Positions 52,164-63,744 of a stretch of DNA of 64,000 nucleotides are shown here, one piece after another. The notes beneath the pieces were generated by a model. That model had not been told where the DNA came from. It saw only the letters and a list, made by a program, of their open reading frames with translations, and ran no database searches. Positions within the stretch are counted from its first letter, which is position 1. Each line of letters starts with the position of its first letter. The position numbers were made by a program, and so were the translations under genes. The DNA is from a phage, in the sequence record PZ445439.1, one strand, 5' to 3'.

Positions 52164-55100
52164 ATGGCCGACATCAAACGTAAGTTCAGAGCCGAAGACG
52201 GTCTGGACGCCGGTGGCGACAAGATTGTTAACGTAGCATTAGCCGACCGTACAGTAGGTACTGATGGCGTAAACGTTGACTTCCTGGTACAAGAAAACAC
52301 CGTTCAAGTATATGATTCTACGCGTGGATATAACAAAGGATTTGTTGTTCTTTATGACAACCGTTTATATCAAGCAATAAATGATATCGTGTCTCCTTCC
52401 GGGGCATTTAACCTTTTACAATGGCGTGCAGTTCGTACCGATGCACAATGGATAACTGTCGCTTCTGGGACTTATCAACTTTCTTCAGGTGAATCGATTT
52501 CGGTTAACACTGGTGCCGGCAATGATATGGTTTTCACGTTGCCAAATACGCCGGTTGATGGTGATACTGTTGTTTTGGCTGATATTGGTGGAAGAACCGG
52601 GACAGTTAAAGTACAGATTAACGCGTCTGTGCAGAGTATTTTAAACTTTAGAGGTGAACAAGTTCGTACAGTTTTAATGACGCGCCCACGTTCACAACTA
52701 TTGTTTGTGTTTAGTAATCGTTTGTGGCAGATGTATATTACCGATTATGGTAAAGAATCAATCACTGTTACACCTGCGACACCATATCAAGCACAAGCAA
52801 ATGATTTTATCGTTCGTCGTTTTACTAGTGCAGCACCAATCAACATTACACTTCCACGTAATGCTAACAATGGTGATATAATCAGCCTAGTCGATTTAGA
52901 TAGATTAAACCCACTATATCATACAATTGTTAAAACATTTGATGATACAACGTCTATTGGTGAAGTCGGGACTCATATTGCCGAAGGCAGAAATGACTCT
53001 GACGCGTTTTTTGTTTTTGATGCTGCAAATAGTTTATGGCGTATATGGGAAGGCGACCAGAAATCGCGTCTTCGTATTATCCGTGCGGATTCAAATATTC
53101 GTCCAAATGAAGAAGTTCTTATTTTTGGCACAAATAACGCTACAGCCGGAACTATTAATCTTACGCTGCCTTCCGGAATTTTGAGTGGTGACACTGTTAA
53201 AATTTCAATGAACTACATGCGTAAAGGCCAAACAGTAAAAATTAAAGCTGCCGAAGGTGATACAATTGCTTCTTCTGTTGCATTGCTTCAGTTCCCTAAA
53301 CGTTCTGAATATCCACCTGATGCTCAATGGGTCTCTGTTACTGAACTAGAATTCAATGGCACTACTTCATATGTTCCTGTATTAAAATTAGCATATATCG
53401 AAGACACCGTTGCTGGTACACGTTATTGGGTTGTTCAACAAAACGTCCCAACTGTAGAACGTGTTGATGCTGGAACTGATGCTACACGAGCTCGTTTAGG
53501 TGTTATTGCTCTTGCTACTCAAGCGCAAGCAAATGTTGATTTAGAGAATACTCCAGCTAAAGAAGTTGCTATTACTCCGGAAACATTGGCAAATCGTACA
53601 GCAACTGAAGCTCGACGTGGTATCGCTAAAATTGCCACAACAGCACAAGTTAACCAGAATTCCACAGCATCATTTGTGGACGATACTATTGTTACGCCTA
53701 AAAAACTAAATGAGCGTACAGCAACTGAAACTCGTCGCGGTCTTGCTGAAATTGCTACTCAGGCCGAAACCGATGCCGGTCTTGATGACACAACGATTAT
53801 TACACCTAAGAAATTGCAGGCACGTCAGGGCTCTGAAACACTATCTGGTATAGTTAAATATGTATCAACTACTTCTGCTACTCCTGCTGAAACTCGTGGA
53901 ACCGCAGGCACTAACGTTTATAATAAAACCGTAAATAATTTAACTATTTCTCCTAAAGCCCTTGACCAATATAAAGCAACTTATGCTCAACAAGGTGCGG
54001 TAATTTTAGCTGTTGATAGTGAAGTAATTGCTGGTCAATCACAAGCAGGTTATTCTCATGCTGTAGTAACTCCTGAAACACTACATAAGAAAACTTCTAC
54101 TGATGGACGTATTGGTTTAATTGAAATTGCTACGCAAGCAGAAACTAATGCTGGGACTGATTATACACGCGCAGTAACACCTAAGACGTTAAATGATAGG
54201 AAAGCTACGGAAGGATTATCCGGCATAGCCGAACTTGCTACGCAAGTTGAATTTGATACTGGAACTGATGATACTCGTATCTCGACTCCACTGAAAATTA
54301 AAACTCATTTTGATTCTTCTGACCGTACCAGTGTTAATTCTGATTCCGGACTTATTGAAGAAGGAACCTTGTGGAACCATTATACTCTTGATATTTCTAA
54401 AGCAAATGAAACACAACGCGGTACACTTCGCGTAGCGACACAGGCAGAATCTAATGCAGGAACTTTAGATGATGTTCTTATTACTCCTAAAAAGCTTTTA
54501 GGGACTAAGTCCACTGAAACGTCTGAAGGCGTAATTAAGGTTGCTACTCAGGCTGAAACTGTAACAGGAACTTCTGCTAATACTGCTGTATCTCCTAAGA
54601 ATTTAAAATGGATTGTCCAGAAAGAACCAACATGGGCTGCTACTACAGCAATTCGCGGATTCGTTAAAACTTCATCCGGTTCTATTACATTCGTTGGTAA
54701 TGATACAGTCGGTTCTACACAACCTTTAGAATCATATGAGAAAAATAGCTATGCAGTATCACCATATGAATTAAACCGTGTACTTGCTAACTATTTGCCA
54801 TTGAAAGCTAAAGCCGTAGATAGTAATTTATTAGATGGCCTAGATTCATCTCAGTTCATTCGTAGGGACATTGCACAGACGGTTAATGGTTCACTATCCT
54901 TAACCCAACAAACGAATCTGAGTGCCCCTCTTGTATCAACTAGTACTGCTACGTTTGGTGGTTCAGTTTCGGCAAATAGTACATTAACTATTTCTAACTC
55001 TGGAACAGCTACTCGTCTGATTTTTGAAAAAGGACCTCAAACTGGAACTAACCCAGCACAGACGATGACTATCAGAGTTTGGGGAAATGAATTTGGCGGT

Positions 55101-56039
55101 GGTTCAGATACAACACGTTCTACTGTATTTGAAGTTGGCGATGAAACATCTAATCACTTTTATTCTCAACGTAATAAAGCCGGGAATATAACGTTTAGTA
55201 TCAATGGTACTGTGATGCCAATAAATGTTAACGCTTCAGGCACGTTAAATGCGAATGGCGTTGCAACATTTGGTCGTTCAGTTACAGCCAATGGCGAATT
55301 CATTAGCAAGTCTGCAAATGCTTTCAGAGCAATTAGTGGTGATTACGGATTCTTTATTCGCAATGATGCTACTAACACCTATTTTATGCTTACTGCATCA
55401 GGTGACCAGACTGGCGGATTTAATGGATTACGTCCTTTAGCTATTAACAATGCATCTGGTCAAGTAACGATTGGTGAAAGCTTAATCATTGCTAAAGGTG
55501 CTACTATAAATTCAGGTGGTTTAACAGTTAACTCAAGAATTCGTTCTCAGGGTTCTAAAACTGCTGATTTATACACTCGTGCTCCTACTGCTGATACAGT
55601 CGGATTCTGGTCAATTGACGTCAATGATTCAGCTACATATAACCAATTCCCGGGTTATTTTAAAATGGTTGAAAAAACTAATGAAGTGACTGGACTTCCA
55701 TACTTAGAGCGCGGTGAAGAAGTTAAATCTCCTGGTACGCTGACTCAGTTTGGTAACACACTTGATTCGCTTTACCAAGATTGGATTACTTATCCAACGA
55801 CGCCAGAAGCGCGTACCACTCGCTGGACACGTACATGGCAGAAAACCAAAAACTCTTGGTCAAGTTTTGTTCAGGTATTTGATGGAGGTAACCCTCCTCA
55901 GCCGTCTGATATCGGTGCTTTACCATCTGATAATGCTACAATGGGGAATCTTACTATTCGTGATTTCTTACGAATTGGTAATGTTCGCATTGTTCCTGAC
56001 CCAGTGAATAAAACTGTTAAATTTGAATGGGTTGAATAA
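52164..56039 (+). CDS. 34: Long tail fibre proximal subunit gp34 (1291 aa)
   Basis: ORF track; size and N-terminus as T4 gp34; late promoter upstream. Confidence 0.95.
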   Translation: MADIKRKFRAEDGLDAGGDKIVNVALADRTVGTDGVNVDFLVQENTVQVYDSTRGYNKGFVVLYDNRLYQAINDIVSPSGAFNLLQWRAVRTDAQWITVASGTYQLSSGESISVNTGAGNDMVFTLPNTPVDGDTVVLADIGGRTGTVKVQINASVQSILNFRGEQVRTVLMTRPRSQLLFVFSNRLWQMYITDYGKESITVTPATPYQAQANDFIVRRFTSAAPINITLPRNANNGDIISLVDLDRLNPLYHTIVKTFDDTTSIGEVGTHIAEGRNDSDAFFVFDAANSLWRIWEGDQKSRLRIIRADSNIRPNEEVLIFGTNNATAGTINLTLPSGILSGDTVKISMNYMRKGQTVKIKAAEGDTIASSVALLQFPKRSEYPPDAQWVSVTELEFNGTTSYVPVLKLAYIEDTVAGTRYWVVQQNVPTVERVDAGTDATRARLGVIALATQAQANVDLENTPAKEVAITPETLANRTATEARRGIAKIATTAQVNQNSTASFVDDTIVTPKKLNERTATETRRGLAEIATQAETDAGLDDTTIITPKKLQARQGSETLSGIVKYVSTTSATPAETRGTAGTNVYNKTVNNLTISPKALDQYKATYAQQGAVILAVDSEVIAGQSQAGYSHAVVTPETLHKKTSTDGRIGLIEIATQAETNAGTDYTRAVTPKTLNDRKATEGLSGIAELATQVEFDTGTDDTRISTPLKIKTHFDSSDRTSVNSDSGLIEEGTLWNHYTLDISKANETQRGTLRVATQAESNAGTLDDVLITPKKLLGTKSTETSEGVIKVATQAETVTGTSANTAVSPKNLKWIVQKEPTWAATTAIRGFVKTSSGSITFVGNDTVGSTQPLESYEKNSYAVSPYELNRVLANYLPLKAKAVDSNLLDGLDSSQFIRRDIAQTVNGSLSLTQQTNLSAPLVSTSTATFGGSVSANSTLTISNSGTATRLIFEKGPQTGTNPAQTMTIRVWGNEFGGGSDTTRSTVFEVGDETSNHFYSQRNKAGNITFSINGTVMPINVNASGTLNANGVATFGRSVTANGEFISKSANAFRAISGDYGFFIRNDATNTYFMLTASGDQTGGFNGLRPLAINNASGQVTIGESLIIAKGATINSGGLTVNSRIRSQGSKTADLYTRAPTADTVGFWSIDVNDSATYNQFPGYFKMVEKTNEVTGLPYLERGEEVKSPGTLTQFGNTLDSLYQDWITYPTTPEARTTRWTRTWQKTKNSWSSFVQVFDGGNPPQPSDIGALPSDNATMGNLTIRDFLRIGNVRIVPDPVNKTVKFEWVE

Positions 56040-56047
56040 GAGGTATT

Positions 56048-57163
56048 ATGGAAAAATTTATGGCAGAGTTTGGACAAGGATATGTCCAAACGCCATTTTT
56101 ATCGGAAAGTAATTCAGTAAGATATAAAATAAGTATAGCGGGTTCTTGCCCGCTTTCTACCTCAGGACCATATGTTAAATTTCAGGATAATCCTGTAGGA
56201 AGTCAAACATTTAGCGCAGGTCTTCATTTAAGAGTTTTTGACCCTTCAACAGGAGCATTGGTTGATAGTAAGTCATATGCTTTTTCGACTTCAAATGATA
56301 CTACATCAGCGGCTTTTGTTAGTTTCATGAATTCTTTTTCAAGCAATAGACTTGTTGCTATATTAACTAGCGGAAAGGTTAATTTTCCTCCTGAAGTAGT
56401 ATCTTGGCTAAGAGCTGCAGGAACGTCTGCTTTTCCATCTGATTCTATATTGTCAAGATTCGACGTATCATATGCTGCTTTTTATACTTCTTCTAAAAGA
56501 GCTATCGCACTAGAACATGTTAAACTGAGTAATAGAAAAAGCACAGATGATTATCAAACTATTTTAGATGTTGTATTTGACAGTTTAGAAGATGTTGGAG
56601 CTACCGGGTTTCCAAGAAGAACGTATGAAAGCGTTGAGCAATTTATGTCAGCGGTTGGTGGAACTAATAACGAAATTGCGAGATTACCAACTTCATCCGC
56701 GATAAGTAAACTATCTGACTACAATTTAATTCCTGGCGATGTTCTTTATCTTAAAGCACAACTATACGCTGATGCTGATTTACTTGCTCTTGGAACTACG
56801 AATATATCCATTCGTTTTTATAATGCATCTAATGGATATATTTCCTCGACACAAGCTGAGTTTACCGGAAAAGCTGGGTCTTGGGAATTAAAAGAAGATT
56901 ATGTAGTTGTTCCAGAAAACGCCGTGGGATTTACGATATATGCGCAAAGAACTGCAAAAGCAGGTCAAGGTGGTATGAGAAATTTAAGCTTTTCTGAAGT
57001 GTCAAGAAATGGAGGTATTTCGAAACCTGCTGAGTTTGGCGTCAACGGCATTCGAGTTAATTATGTCTGTGAATCCGCTTCACCTCCGGATATAATGGTA
57101 CTTCCTACGCAATCATCGTCTAAAACTGGTAAAGTATTTGGGCAAGAATTTAGAGAAGTTTAA
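56048..57163 (+). CDS. 35: Long tail fibre hinge protein gp35 (371 aa)
   Basis: ORF track; size and synteny. Confidence 0.9.
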   Translation: MEKFMAEFGQGYVQTPFLSESNSVRYKISIAGSCPLSTSGPYVKFQDNPVGSQTFSAGLHLRVFDPSTGALVDSKSYAFSTSNDTTSAAFVSFMNSFSSNRLVAILTSGKVNFPPEVVSWLRAAGTSAFPSDSILSRFDVSYAAFYTSSKRAIALEHVKLSNRKSTDDYQTILDVVFDSLEDVGATGFPRRTYESVEQFMSAVGGTNNEIARLPTSSAISKLSDYNLIPGDVLYLKAQLYADADLLALGTTNISIRFYNASNGYISSTQAEFTGKAGSWELKEDYVVVPENAVGFTIYAQRTAKAGQGGMRNLSFSEVSRNGGISKPAEFGVNGIRVNYVCESASPPDIMVLPTQSSSKTGKVFGQEFREV

Positions 57164-57168
57164 ATTGA

Positions 57169-57190
57169 GGGAGCCTTCGGGTTCCCTTTT
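57169..57190 (+). terminator. Rho-independent terminator after gene 35
   Basis: gggagcc-ttcg-ggttccc with one G-U pair, followed by tttttcttt. Confidence 0.7.
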
Positions 57191-57194
57191 TCTT

Positions 57195-57202
57195 TATAAA
57201 TA
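57195..57202 (+). promoter_or_regulatory. Late promoter TATAAATA for gene 36
   Basis: Exact motif about 24 nt upstream of ATG. Confidence 0.7.
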
Positions 57203-57225
57203 CTATTAAAATAAAGGGGCATACA

Positions 57226-57888
57226 ATGGCTGATTTAAAAGTAGGTTCAACAACTGGAGGCTCTGTCATTTGGCATCAAGGAAATTTTCCATTGAATCCA
57301 GCCGGTGACGATGTACTCTATAAATCATTTAAAATATATTCAGAATACAATAAACCACAAGCAGCTGATAACGATTTCGTTTCTAAAGCTAATGGTGGTA
57401 CTTACGCCGCGACTGTTCGATTTAATGGAGGCGTACATGTTCCTACTATAGGTAGTAGTCAACAGTGCGGCGTTTATCCAGGCAACGGTGATGCAGCTAC
57501 TTTTGCTATGGCAAATATTGACATCGTTTCGTGGAATGGTATTGGTTTTAAATCATCACAAGGTTCAGCAGACCGAACTGTTGTAATTAATGCACGTAAT
57601 GGTGATATTAGTACAAAAGGCGTCGTGACAGCAGTAGGTCAAATAAGAAGTAATGCAGTTTCTCCTGTAGCAGCGAATGACCTAACTCGCAAAGATTATG
57701 TTGATGGAGCAATAAATACTGTTACAGCAAATGCGAACTCTAGAGTGTTACGATCTGGCGACACTATGACGGGTAACTTAACCGCACCAAACTTTTTTTC
57801 GCAGAATCCTGCATCTCAACCTTCACACGTTCCACGATTTGACCAAATCGTAATTAAGGATTCTGTTCAAGATTTCGGCTATTATTAA
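57226..57888 (+). CDS. 36: Long tail fibre distal connector gp36 (220 aa)
   Basis: ORF track; size and synteny; late promoter upstream. Confidence 0.9.
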   Translation: MADLKVGSTTGGSVIWHQGNFPLNPAGDDVLYKSFKIYSEYNKPQAADNDFVSKANGGTYAATVRFNGGVHVPTIGSSQQCGVYPGNGDAATFAMANIDIVSWNGIGFKSSQGSADRTVVINARNGDISTKGVVTAVGQIRSNAVSPVAANDLTRKDYVDGAINTVTANANSRVLRSGDTMTGNLTAPNFFSQNPASQPSHVPRFDQIVIKDSVQDFGYY

Positions 57889-57896
57889 GAGGACTT

Positions 57897-60800
57897 ATGG
57901 CTACTTTAAAACAAATACAATTTAAAAGAAGCAAAACCGCAGGTGCACGTCCTGCTGCTTCAGTATTAGCCGAAGGTGAATTGGCTATAAACTTAAAAGA
58001 TAGAACACTTTTTACTAAAGATGATTCAGGAAATATCATCGACTTAAGCATTTCTGCTGGCGGTAGTATCAGTGGAAATATCACTCAAACTGGTGATTAT
58101 TTACAAAATGGAACATATAATCTTAATGGAAACCAGTTTGTTTATGCAGGAAAATATATTGAATTTTTACCTAAAACTGCTGGTAATGGTGCTTGGGCAA
58201 ATCAACACCTAAATAAAGCTCCTATTTTTACGGATTTAAGTTCAACTACTTCCGTTTCAGAATACCATCCGCTAATTAAGCAGCGTTATAAAGATGGGAC
58301 TTTTTCAGCGGGTACATTGGTTGCTGAAGGAAGTTTTAAGATTCATTACATCAATGAATCTGGGGATTCGAAATATTGGACTTTTAATCGTAATGGTAAT
58401 TTCCAAGTTGACACAGGCGATTTATTTGTCAGCAAAGGTAATATTTCCGCTTCAGGCAATATTAATTCAGCTACTGGAATAGTTTCTGCTCCACAGATTA
58501 ATACAAAAACCATAGTTTTTGATACAAAGGCATTCGGACAATACGATTCGCAGTCATTAGTTCAATATGTTTATCCTGGAACAGGTGAAGAAAATGGTAT
58601 AAACTATCTTCGTAAAGTTCGAGCTAAATCAGGCGGAACTATTTACCATGAAATCGCTTCAGCTCAAACCGGTAAGAATGATGAAATTTCTTGGTGGACT
58701 GGAAATTCGCTTACTACTAAATTAATGGGTCTTCGTAATGATGGCGCAATGGTATTACGTCGTTCACTTGCTATTGGCACAATTACCGCTGATGAAAATA
58801 CTAACAACTATGGTTCTCCTACTCCAATGGGAGAAAGATATATTGCTTTGGGTGATGCTGCAACCGGTTTAAAATATATTAAGCAAGGTGTTTATGATTT
58901 AGTAGGTAATTGGAATTCTGTTGCTTCTATTACTCCTGACAGTTTCCGCAGTACTCGCAAAGGTTTATTTGGACGTTCAGAAGACCAAGGCGGAACCTGG
59001 ACAATGCCTGGAACGAACGCTGCTCTCTTGTCTGTTCAAACCCAGGCAGATGTGAATAACGCAGGCGATGGTCAAACCCACATTGGATATAATTCTGGCG
59101 GTAAATTTTCCCATTATTTCCGCGGTAAAGGCCAAACCAACATTAATACGCAGGAAGGTATGGAAATTAACCCTGGTATTTTGAAATTGGTAACTGGCTC
59201 TAATAACGTACAGTTTTATGCTAATGGAACAGTATCTTCAATACAAAGAATTAAATTTGATAACGGATTAGTTCTTACTGGTGCTAGACCTGATGGTATT
59301 CAACTTGATGCGCCTACATCAGTAGATGGCACTAAAACTATACTGTGGGCTGGTGGTACTCGCGCAGGTCAGAATAAAAGTTATGTATCTATTAAAGCGT
59401 GGGGTAATTCATTTAACGCATCTGGCGATCGCACTCGTGAATCAGTTTTTGAAGTAGCTGATGGACAAGGTTATTATTTTTATGCGCAACGTATAGCTCC
59501 TGCACCAGGTTCAACAACTGGAGTAATTCAATTTAGAGTTGCTGGAGCATTATTAACCGGTGGTGGTATTACATCATCTGGTTCTATTGTTACTGAATCA
59601 AGTTTAGTTGCAAATAATGGATTATCTGTAAATGGTCAGGCTAAATTTGGTGGAACGGCAGATGCATTAAGAATTTGGAACGCTGAATATGGTGCTATTT
59701 TCCGTCGTTCAGAAGCATCATTACATATTATCCCGACTCCTAAAGATGCTGGTGAAAGTGGTGGAATAAGTAATCTCCGCCCGCTTAGTATTAGCCTTAA
59801 TAATGGTATGGTGCAAATGCGTCATTCTGTTACGTTAGGCGATGATGGTGCAGGCGGTAATATGGTGACGGTTGATAATGATTCTAAAGTTATGGTAATG
59901 ACGACTAATAGCCGTATTAGTCCTAACTTCCGTATGCAAATTGGACAGTCGTCTTATATTGATGCTGAATGTACTAATGCTGTTAGACCGGCTGGCGCAG
60001 GTTCTTTTGCTTCGCAAAATAATGAAAATGTTCGTGCTCCGTTCTATATGAATATTGATAGAACTGATACTAGTACATATGTTCCAATTGTTAAACAGAG
60101 ATATGTGCAAAATAATAGTTGCTATTCTATCGGTACTTTAATTAATGGTGGTAATTTTAGAGTTCATTATCATGAAGGTGGTGATGGCGGTTCTACTGGC
60201 GCGATTATAAAGGATTTAGGTTGGGAATTTAATAAAAACGGTGATTTTTACTCTCCTGGTAAATTAGGTGCTGGTAATGTTCGTATTGGTACTGATGGTA
60301 ATATCACGGGGGGTTCATTACCTAACTTTGCTAACTTGAACTTGACATTAGATCGTAAAGTCAATACCCGAATGGTTTCTTATTCAGGTACTGGCGGTTG
60401 GTACAAATTAGCCACTGTAACAATGCCACAATCCACTTCAACCGTCACATTCGAAATTGCTGGTGGTAATGGCTATAATGTTAACACCCCACACCAATGC
60501 GTTACTTCGAAAATTGTTTTAAGAACTTCGAACAATAACCCGAAAGGTATTAATGCTGTTGTTTGGTCGATGGATACCGATCAGGGTATTAAGAATGTTG
60601 CAACGGTTAATACATCAGGCGATGTTTATGACATCTATGTAAACGTTGGTACTTATGCTCAGGCGTTAGCAGTTTCTTATTATGCTACTCCTAATGCTAC
60701 CATTAACCAGGTATTTGCAACGGACCAACCGGGTGCAACAGAAACTGCGGTTGAACTTCCTGAGACGGCTATTCAAGGACAGGTTGCTAGTGTTCTGAAT

Positions 60801-61805
60801 AACTTGGCTCTTACCCCGAACGGTGTAAAACGTTATGAAGCCGATTCTGAAATAGCTATTAATAGCCAAACTGGCATTCGTATTAGAAGCAACAGCGATA
60901 AAACTGGTTCTGTTGCTACAATGCTACGAAATGATGGTGGTAGTTTTTATATTCTGTTTACAGATAAAAATGCCACCGATGGCGCAGCAACTGTTAATGG
61001 TGATTGGAATAGTAAACGTCCTTTCGCAATTAACTTAACAACCGGCGAAGTGCTAATGAATAACGGCATAGCTGTTCGCAGCGCTGCTTTATTCTATAAT
61101 AGCATAAACGTCAAAGATAATGGTTCTATTAACTTTGATAAGTCCGGAGCTAACCCAAGAAATATGAGAATATTTCATGCTGGCGATGGCACTCGTGGTA
61201 ATCGCATTGAAATTGCCGATGAAACTAACTATATTGCTTACTTCCAAAAATTACCTGGTGGTCAAAACCAAGTTTCATTCAATAGCGCTACACTTTCTGG
61301 ATTAACACAGTGTAATCAATTTGGTGTTAACACAACAAACGCACTTGGTGGAAACAGTATAACATTTGGTGATACCGATACTGGTATTAAGCAAAATGGC
61401 GATGGATTATTAGACATATATGCGAACAACGTACAAGTGTTCCGTTTCCAAAACGGTGATTTGTACTCATACAAAAATATAAATGCTCCAAACGTTTATA
61501 TTCGTTCTGATATTCGTTTAAAATCCAACTTTAAGCCTATCGAAAATGCACTTGATAAAGTTGAAAAACTTAACGGTGTCATTTACGATAAGGCTGAATA
61601 CATCGGTGGAGATGCAATTGAAACTGAAGCGGGTATTGTGGCTCAAACGTTACAAGACGTTTTACCAGAAGCTGTCCGTGAAACAGAAGACAGTAAGGGT
61701 AATAAAATACTCACTGTTTCTTCTCAAGCCCAGATTGCTCTTCTAGTTGAAGCTGTGAAAACACTTTCTGCTCGTGTAAAAGAACTCGAATCTAAACTTA
61801 TGTAA
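57897..61805 (+). CDS. 37: Long tail fibre distal subunit gp37 (1302 aa), T2/T6 type with C-terminal intramolecular chaperone (autoproteolytic) domain
   Basis: ORF track; C-terminal ~100 aa (...[29 protein letters not shown]...ELESKLM) resembles the chaperone domain of fibre/endosialidase proteins. Confidence 0.9.
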   Translation: MATLKQIQFKRSKTAGARPAASVLAEGELAINLKDRTLFTKDDSGNIIDLSISAGGSISGNITQTGDYLQNGTYNLNGNQFVYAGKYIEFLPKTAGNGAWANQHLNKAPIFTDLSSTTSVSEYHPLIKQRYKDGTFSAGTLVAEGSFKIHYINESGDSKYWTFNRNGNFQVDTGDLFVSKGNISASGNINSATGIVSAPQINTKTIVFDTKAFGQYDSQSLVQYVYPGTGEENGINYLRKVRAKSGGTIYHEIASAQTGKNDEISWWTGNSLTTKLMGLRNDGAMVLRRSLAIGTITADENTNNYGSPTPMGERYIALGDAATGLKYIKQGVYDLVGNWNSVASITPDSFRSTRKGLFGRSEDQGGTWTMPGTNAALLSVQTQADVNNAGDGQTHIGYNSGGKFSHYFRGKGQTNINTQEGMEINPGILKLVTGSNNVQFYANGTVSSIQRIKFDNGLVLTGARPDGIQLDAPTSVDGTKTILWAGGTRAGQNKSYVSIKAWGNSFNASGDRTRESVFEVADGQGYYFYAQRIAPAPGSTTGVIQFRVAGALLTGGGITSSGSIVTESSLVANNGLSVNGQAKFGGTADALRIWNAEYGAIFRRSEASLHIIPTPKDAGESGGISNLRPLSISLNNGMVQMRHSVTLGDDGAGGNMVTVDNDSKVMVMTTNSRISPNFRMQIGQSSYIDAECTNAVRPAGAGSFASQNNENVRAPFYMNIDRTDTSTYVPIVKQRYVQNNSCYSIGTLINGGNFRVHYHEGGDGGSTGAIIKDLGWEFNKNGDFYSPGKLGAGNVRIGTDGNITGGSLPNFANLNLTLDRKVNTRMVSYSGTGGWYKLATVTMPQSTSTVTFEIAGGNGYNVNTPHQCVTSKIVLRTSNNNPKGINAVVWSMDTDQGIKNVATVNTSGDVYDIYVNVGTYAQALAVSYYATPNATINQVFATDQPGATETAVELPETAIQGQVASVLNNLALTPNGVKRYEADSEIAINSQTGIRIRSNSDKTGSVATMLRNDGGSFYILFTDKNATDGAATVNGDWNSKRPFAINLTTGEVLMNNGIAVRSAALFYNSINVKDNGSINFDKSGANPRNMRIFHAGDGTRGNRIEIADETNYIAYFQKLPGGQNQVSFNSATLSGLTQCNQFGVNTTNALGGNSITFGDTDTGIKQNGDGLLDIYANNVQVFRFQNGDLYSYKNINAPNVYIRSDIRLKSNFKPIENALDKVEKLNGVIYDKAEYIGGDAIETEAGIVAQTLQDVLPEAVRETEDSKGNKILTVSSQAQIALLVEAVKTLSARVKELESKLM

Positions 61806-61806
61806 A

Positions 61807-61824
61807 AGAGGGCTTCGTCCCTCT
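61807..61824 (+). other. Stem-loop after gene 37 (weak terminator candidate)
   Basis: agaggg-cttcgt-ccctct; T-run begins 5 nt downstream. Confidence 0.4.
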
Positions 61825-61835
61825 AAGGATTTTTA

Positions 61836-62618
61836 ATGGCAATTGTAGGTGTTCCTGGCTGGATTGGTGAATCTGCCGTGAATGAAACTGGACAACGTTG
61901 GATGGATGCTGCAATGAGAGCAGTCCGTGTTTCAGTTCCTGGTTGGATGAGCTCAATGGCTGGGCAATCTAAAGAGATTCATTATAGCATTGGTGCTAGT
62001 AATTCTTATAATAAAGACACATTAATAAACTGGATAAAAGCCCAAGGAAGTACTCCTGTTGTTATTACTATTACAGGAAATATTGTTTCTCAATCTACTG
62101 GTGTTCCGTGTCTGGATTTCCCTAGTTCGTTGACCAATGCATATGTTACGTTGATCATTAACTCTGGCGTGACTGTCTATGGACGTGGGGGTAATGGTGG
62201 TAGTAACGCTGCCGGTGCTGCTGGTGGTAACGCAATTAATAATGGCATCGGTACACGCTTGCGTATTACGAATAATGGTGCAATCGCTGGCGGCGGCGGC
62301 GGCGGTGGCGGCGGTAACAGGGGTAAACTAATATTTGGTGGTGGCGGTGGTCGCCCATTCGGTGCTGGTGGGTCTTCCTCTCATATGAGTTCCGGTGCAA
62401 CTGCTGGTACTATTTCCGCTCCTGGTAAAGGATCTGTTGGTGAGGGGTCTCTTAGCGCATATACAGGCGGTGCGGGCGGTAACGTTGGTGCTGCTGGAGG
62501 AAGATGTAATACCCAAGGTAACGGTACAGAATATAACGGCGGCGCAGCTGGTAAAGCTGTTACCGGTAATGCTCCAACTTGGACTAAAGTTGGTACAATA
62601 TATGGTTCAAGAGTATAA
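61836..62618 (+). CDS. 38: gp38 receptor-recognising adhesin, T2/T6 type with glycine-rich motifs (260 aa)
   Basis: ORF track; conserved N-terminal region plus C-terminal poly-Gly segments separated by variable stretches. Confidence 0.88.
   Translation: MAIVGVPGWIGESAVNETGQRWMDAAMRAVRVSVPGWMSSMAGQSKEIHYSIGASNSYNKDTLINWIKAQGSTPVVITITGNIVSQSTGVPCLDFPSSLTNAYVTLIINSGVTVYGRGGNGGSNAAGAAGGNAINNGIGTRLRITNNGAIAGGGGGGGGGNRGKLIFGGGGGRPFGAGGSSSHMSSGATAGTISAPGKGSVGEGSLSAYTGGAGGNVGAAGGRCNTQGNGTEYNGGAAGKAVTGNAPTWTKVGTIYGSRV
62289..62315 (+). repeat. (GGC/GGT)9 trinucleotide tract encoding nine consecutive glycines in gp38
   Basis: Direct reading of ggcggcggcggcggcggtggcggcggt. Confidence 0.9.
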
Positions 62619-62649
62619 TTTTGAATAAATATCCTTAAAAGGAGGGTCT

Positions 62650-63306
62650 ATGGCAGCACCTAGAATATCATTTTCGCCCTCTGATATTCTGTTTGGTGTT
62701 CTAGATCGCTTGTTCAAAGATAACGCTACCGGGAAAGTTCTTGCTTCCCGGGTAGCTGTCGTAATTCTTTTGTTTATAATGGCGATTGTTTGGTATAGGG
62801 GAGATAGTTTCTTTGAGTACTATAAGCAATCAAAGTATGAAACATACAGTGAAATTATTGAAAAGGAAAGAAATGCACGCTTTGAATCTGTCGCCCTGGA
62901 ACAACTCCAGATAGTTCATATATCATCTGAGGCAGACTTTAGTGCGGTGTATTCTTTCCGCCCTAAAAACTTAAACTATTTTGTCGATATTATAGCATAT
63001 GAAGGAAAATTACCTTCAACAATAAGTGAAAAATCACTTGGAGGATATCCTGTTGATAAAACTATGGATGAATATACAGTTCATTTAAATGGACGTCATT
63101 ATTATTCTGACTCAAAATTTGCTTTTTTACCAACTAAAAAGCCTACTCCCGAAATAAACTACATGTACAGTTGTCCATATTTTAATTTGGATAATATCTA
63201 TGCTGGAACGATAACCATGTACTGGTATAGAAATGATCATATAAGTAATGACCGCCTTGAATCAATATGTTCACAGGCGGCCAGAATATTAGGAAGGGCT
63301 AAATAA
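62650..63306 (+). CDS. t: Holin T (218 aa)
   Basis: ORF track; near-identical to recalled T4 holin; single N-terminal transmembrane segment. Confidence 0.95.
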   Translation: MAAPRISFSPSDILFGVLDRLFKDNATGKVLASRVAVVILLFIMAIVWYRGDSFFEYYKQSKYETYSEIIEKERNARFESVALEQLQIVHISSEADFSAVYSFRPKNLNYFVDIIAYEGKLPSTISEKSLGGYPVDKTMDEYTVHLNGRHYYSDSKFAFLPTKKPTPEINYMYSCPYFNLDNIYAGTITMYWYRNDHISNDRLESICSQAARILGRAK

Positions 63307-63579
63307 TTATTTGTTCGTATACATCTCTAGATATCGATATACACCCTCAAAACCCTCGTTGAATTCGTCGATGAGGGTTTTCTTATCTTCTTTGGTTAAT
63401 TCAGAAACAATTTTACGGAATGAATTCTGATTTAATTTTCTACCTTCATGCGTTACTCCAATCTCATTCAGAAATGCAATAAAATTAGCACGATTCTCAA
63501 CAATATCTTCTCTGGAAAATTTAATCAAAATAGACGCAACAGTAATAATTTCACGAACTGTATCAATATTTTTATTCAT
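63307..63579 (-). CDS. asiA: AsiA anti-sigma-70 factor (90 aa)
   Basis: ORF track; near-identical to recalled T4 AsiA. Confidence 0.95.
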   Translation of the reverse strand: MNKNIDTVREIITVASILIKFSREDIVENRANFIAFLNEIGVTHEGRKLNQNSFRKIVSELTKEDKKTLIDEFNEGFEGVYRYLEMYTNK

Positions 63580-63591
63580 TAACTATACCAC

Positions 63592-63744
63592 TCAATTAGT
63601 TGACTTTGTTATAATATCATCAGACGCTTGATTTGTAAACTGGTCTGTGGTATTTTCTTCAAAAATTTTTTCTACGAATTCCTTGAACGACTCACGTTCC
63701 TGAGCTACATTATGCTCGATTACTTTTTCAAGATTATGACTCAT
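63592..63744 (-). CDS. Small hypothetical protein (50 aa), below the ORF-track cutoff; start overlaps arn stop (ATGA)
   Basis: Manual translation MSHNLEKVIEHNVAQERESFKEFVEKIFEENTTDQFTNQASDDIITKSTN. Confidence 0.45.
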   Translation of the reverse strand: MSHNLEKVIEHNVAQERESFKEFVEKIFEENTTDQFTNQASDDIITKSTN

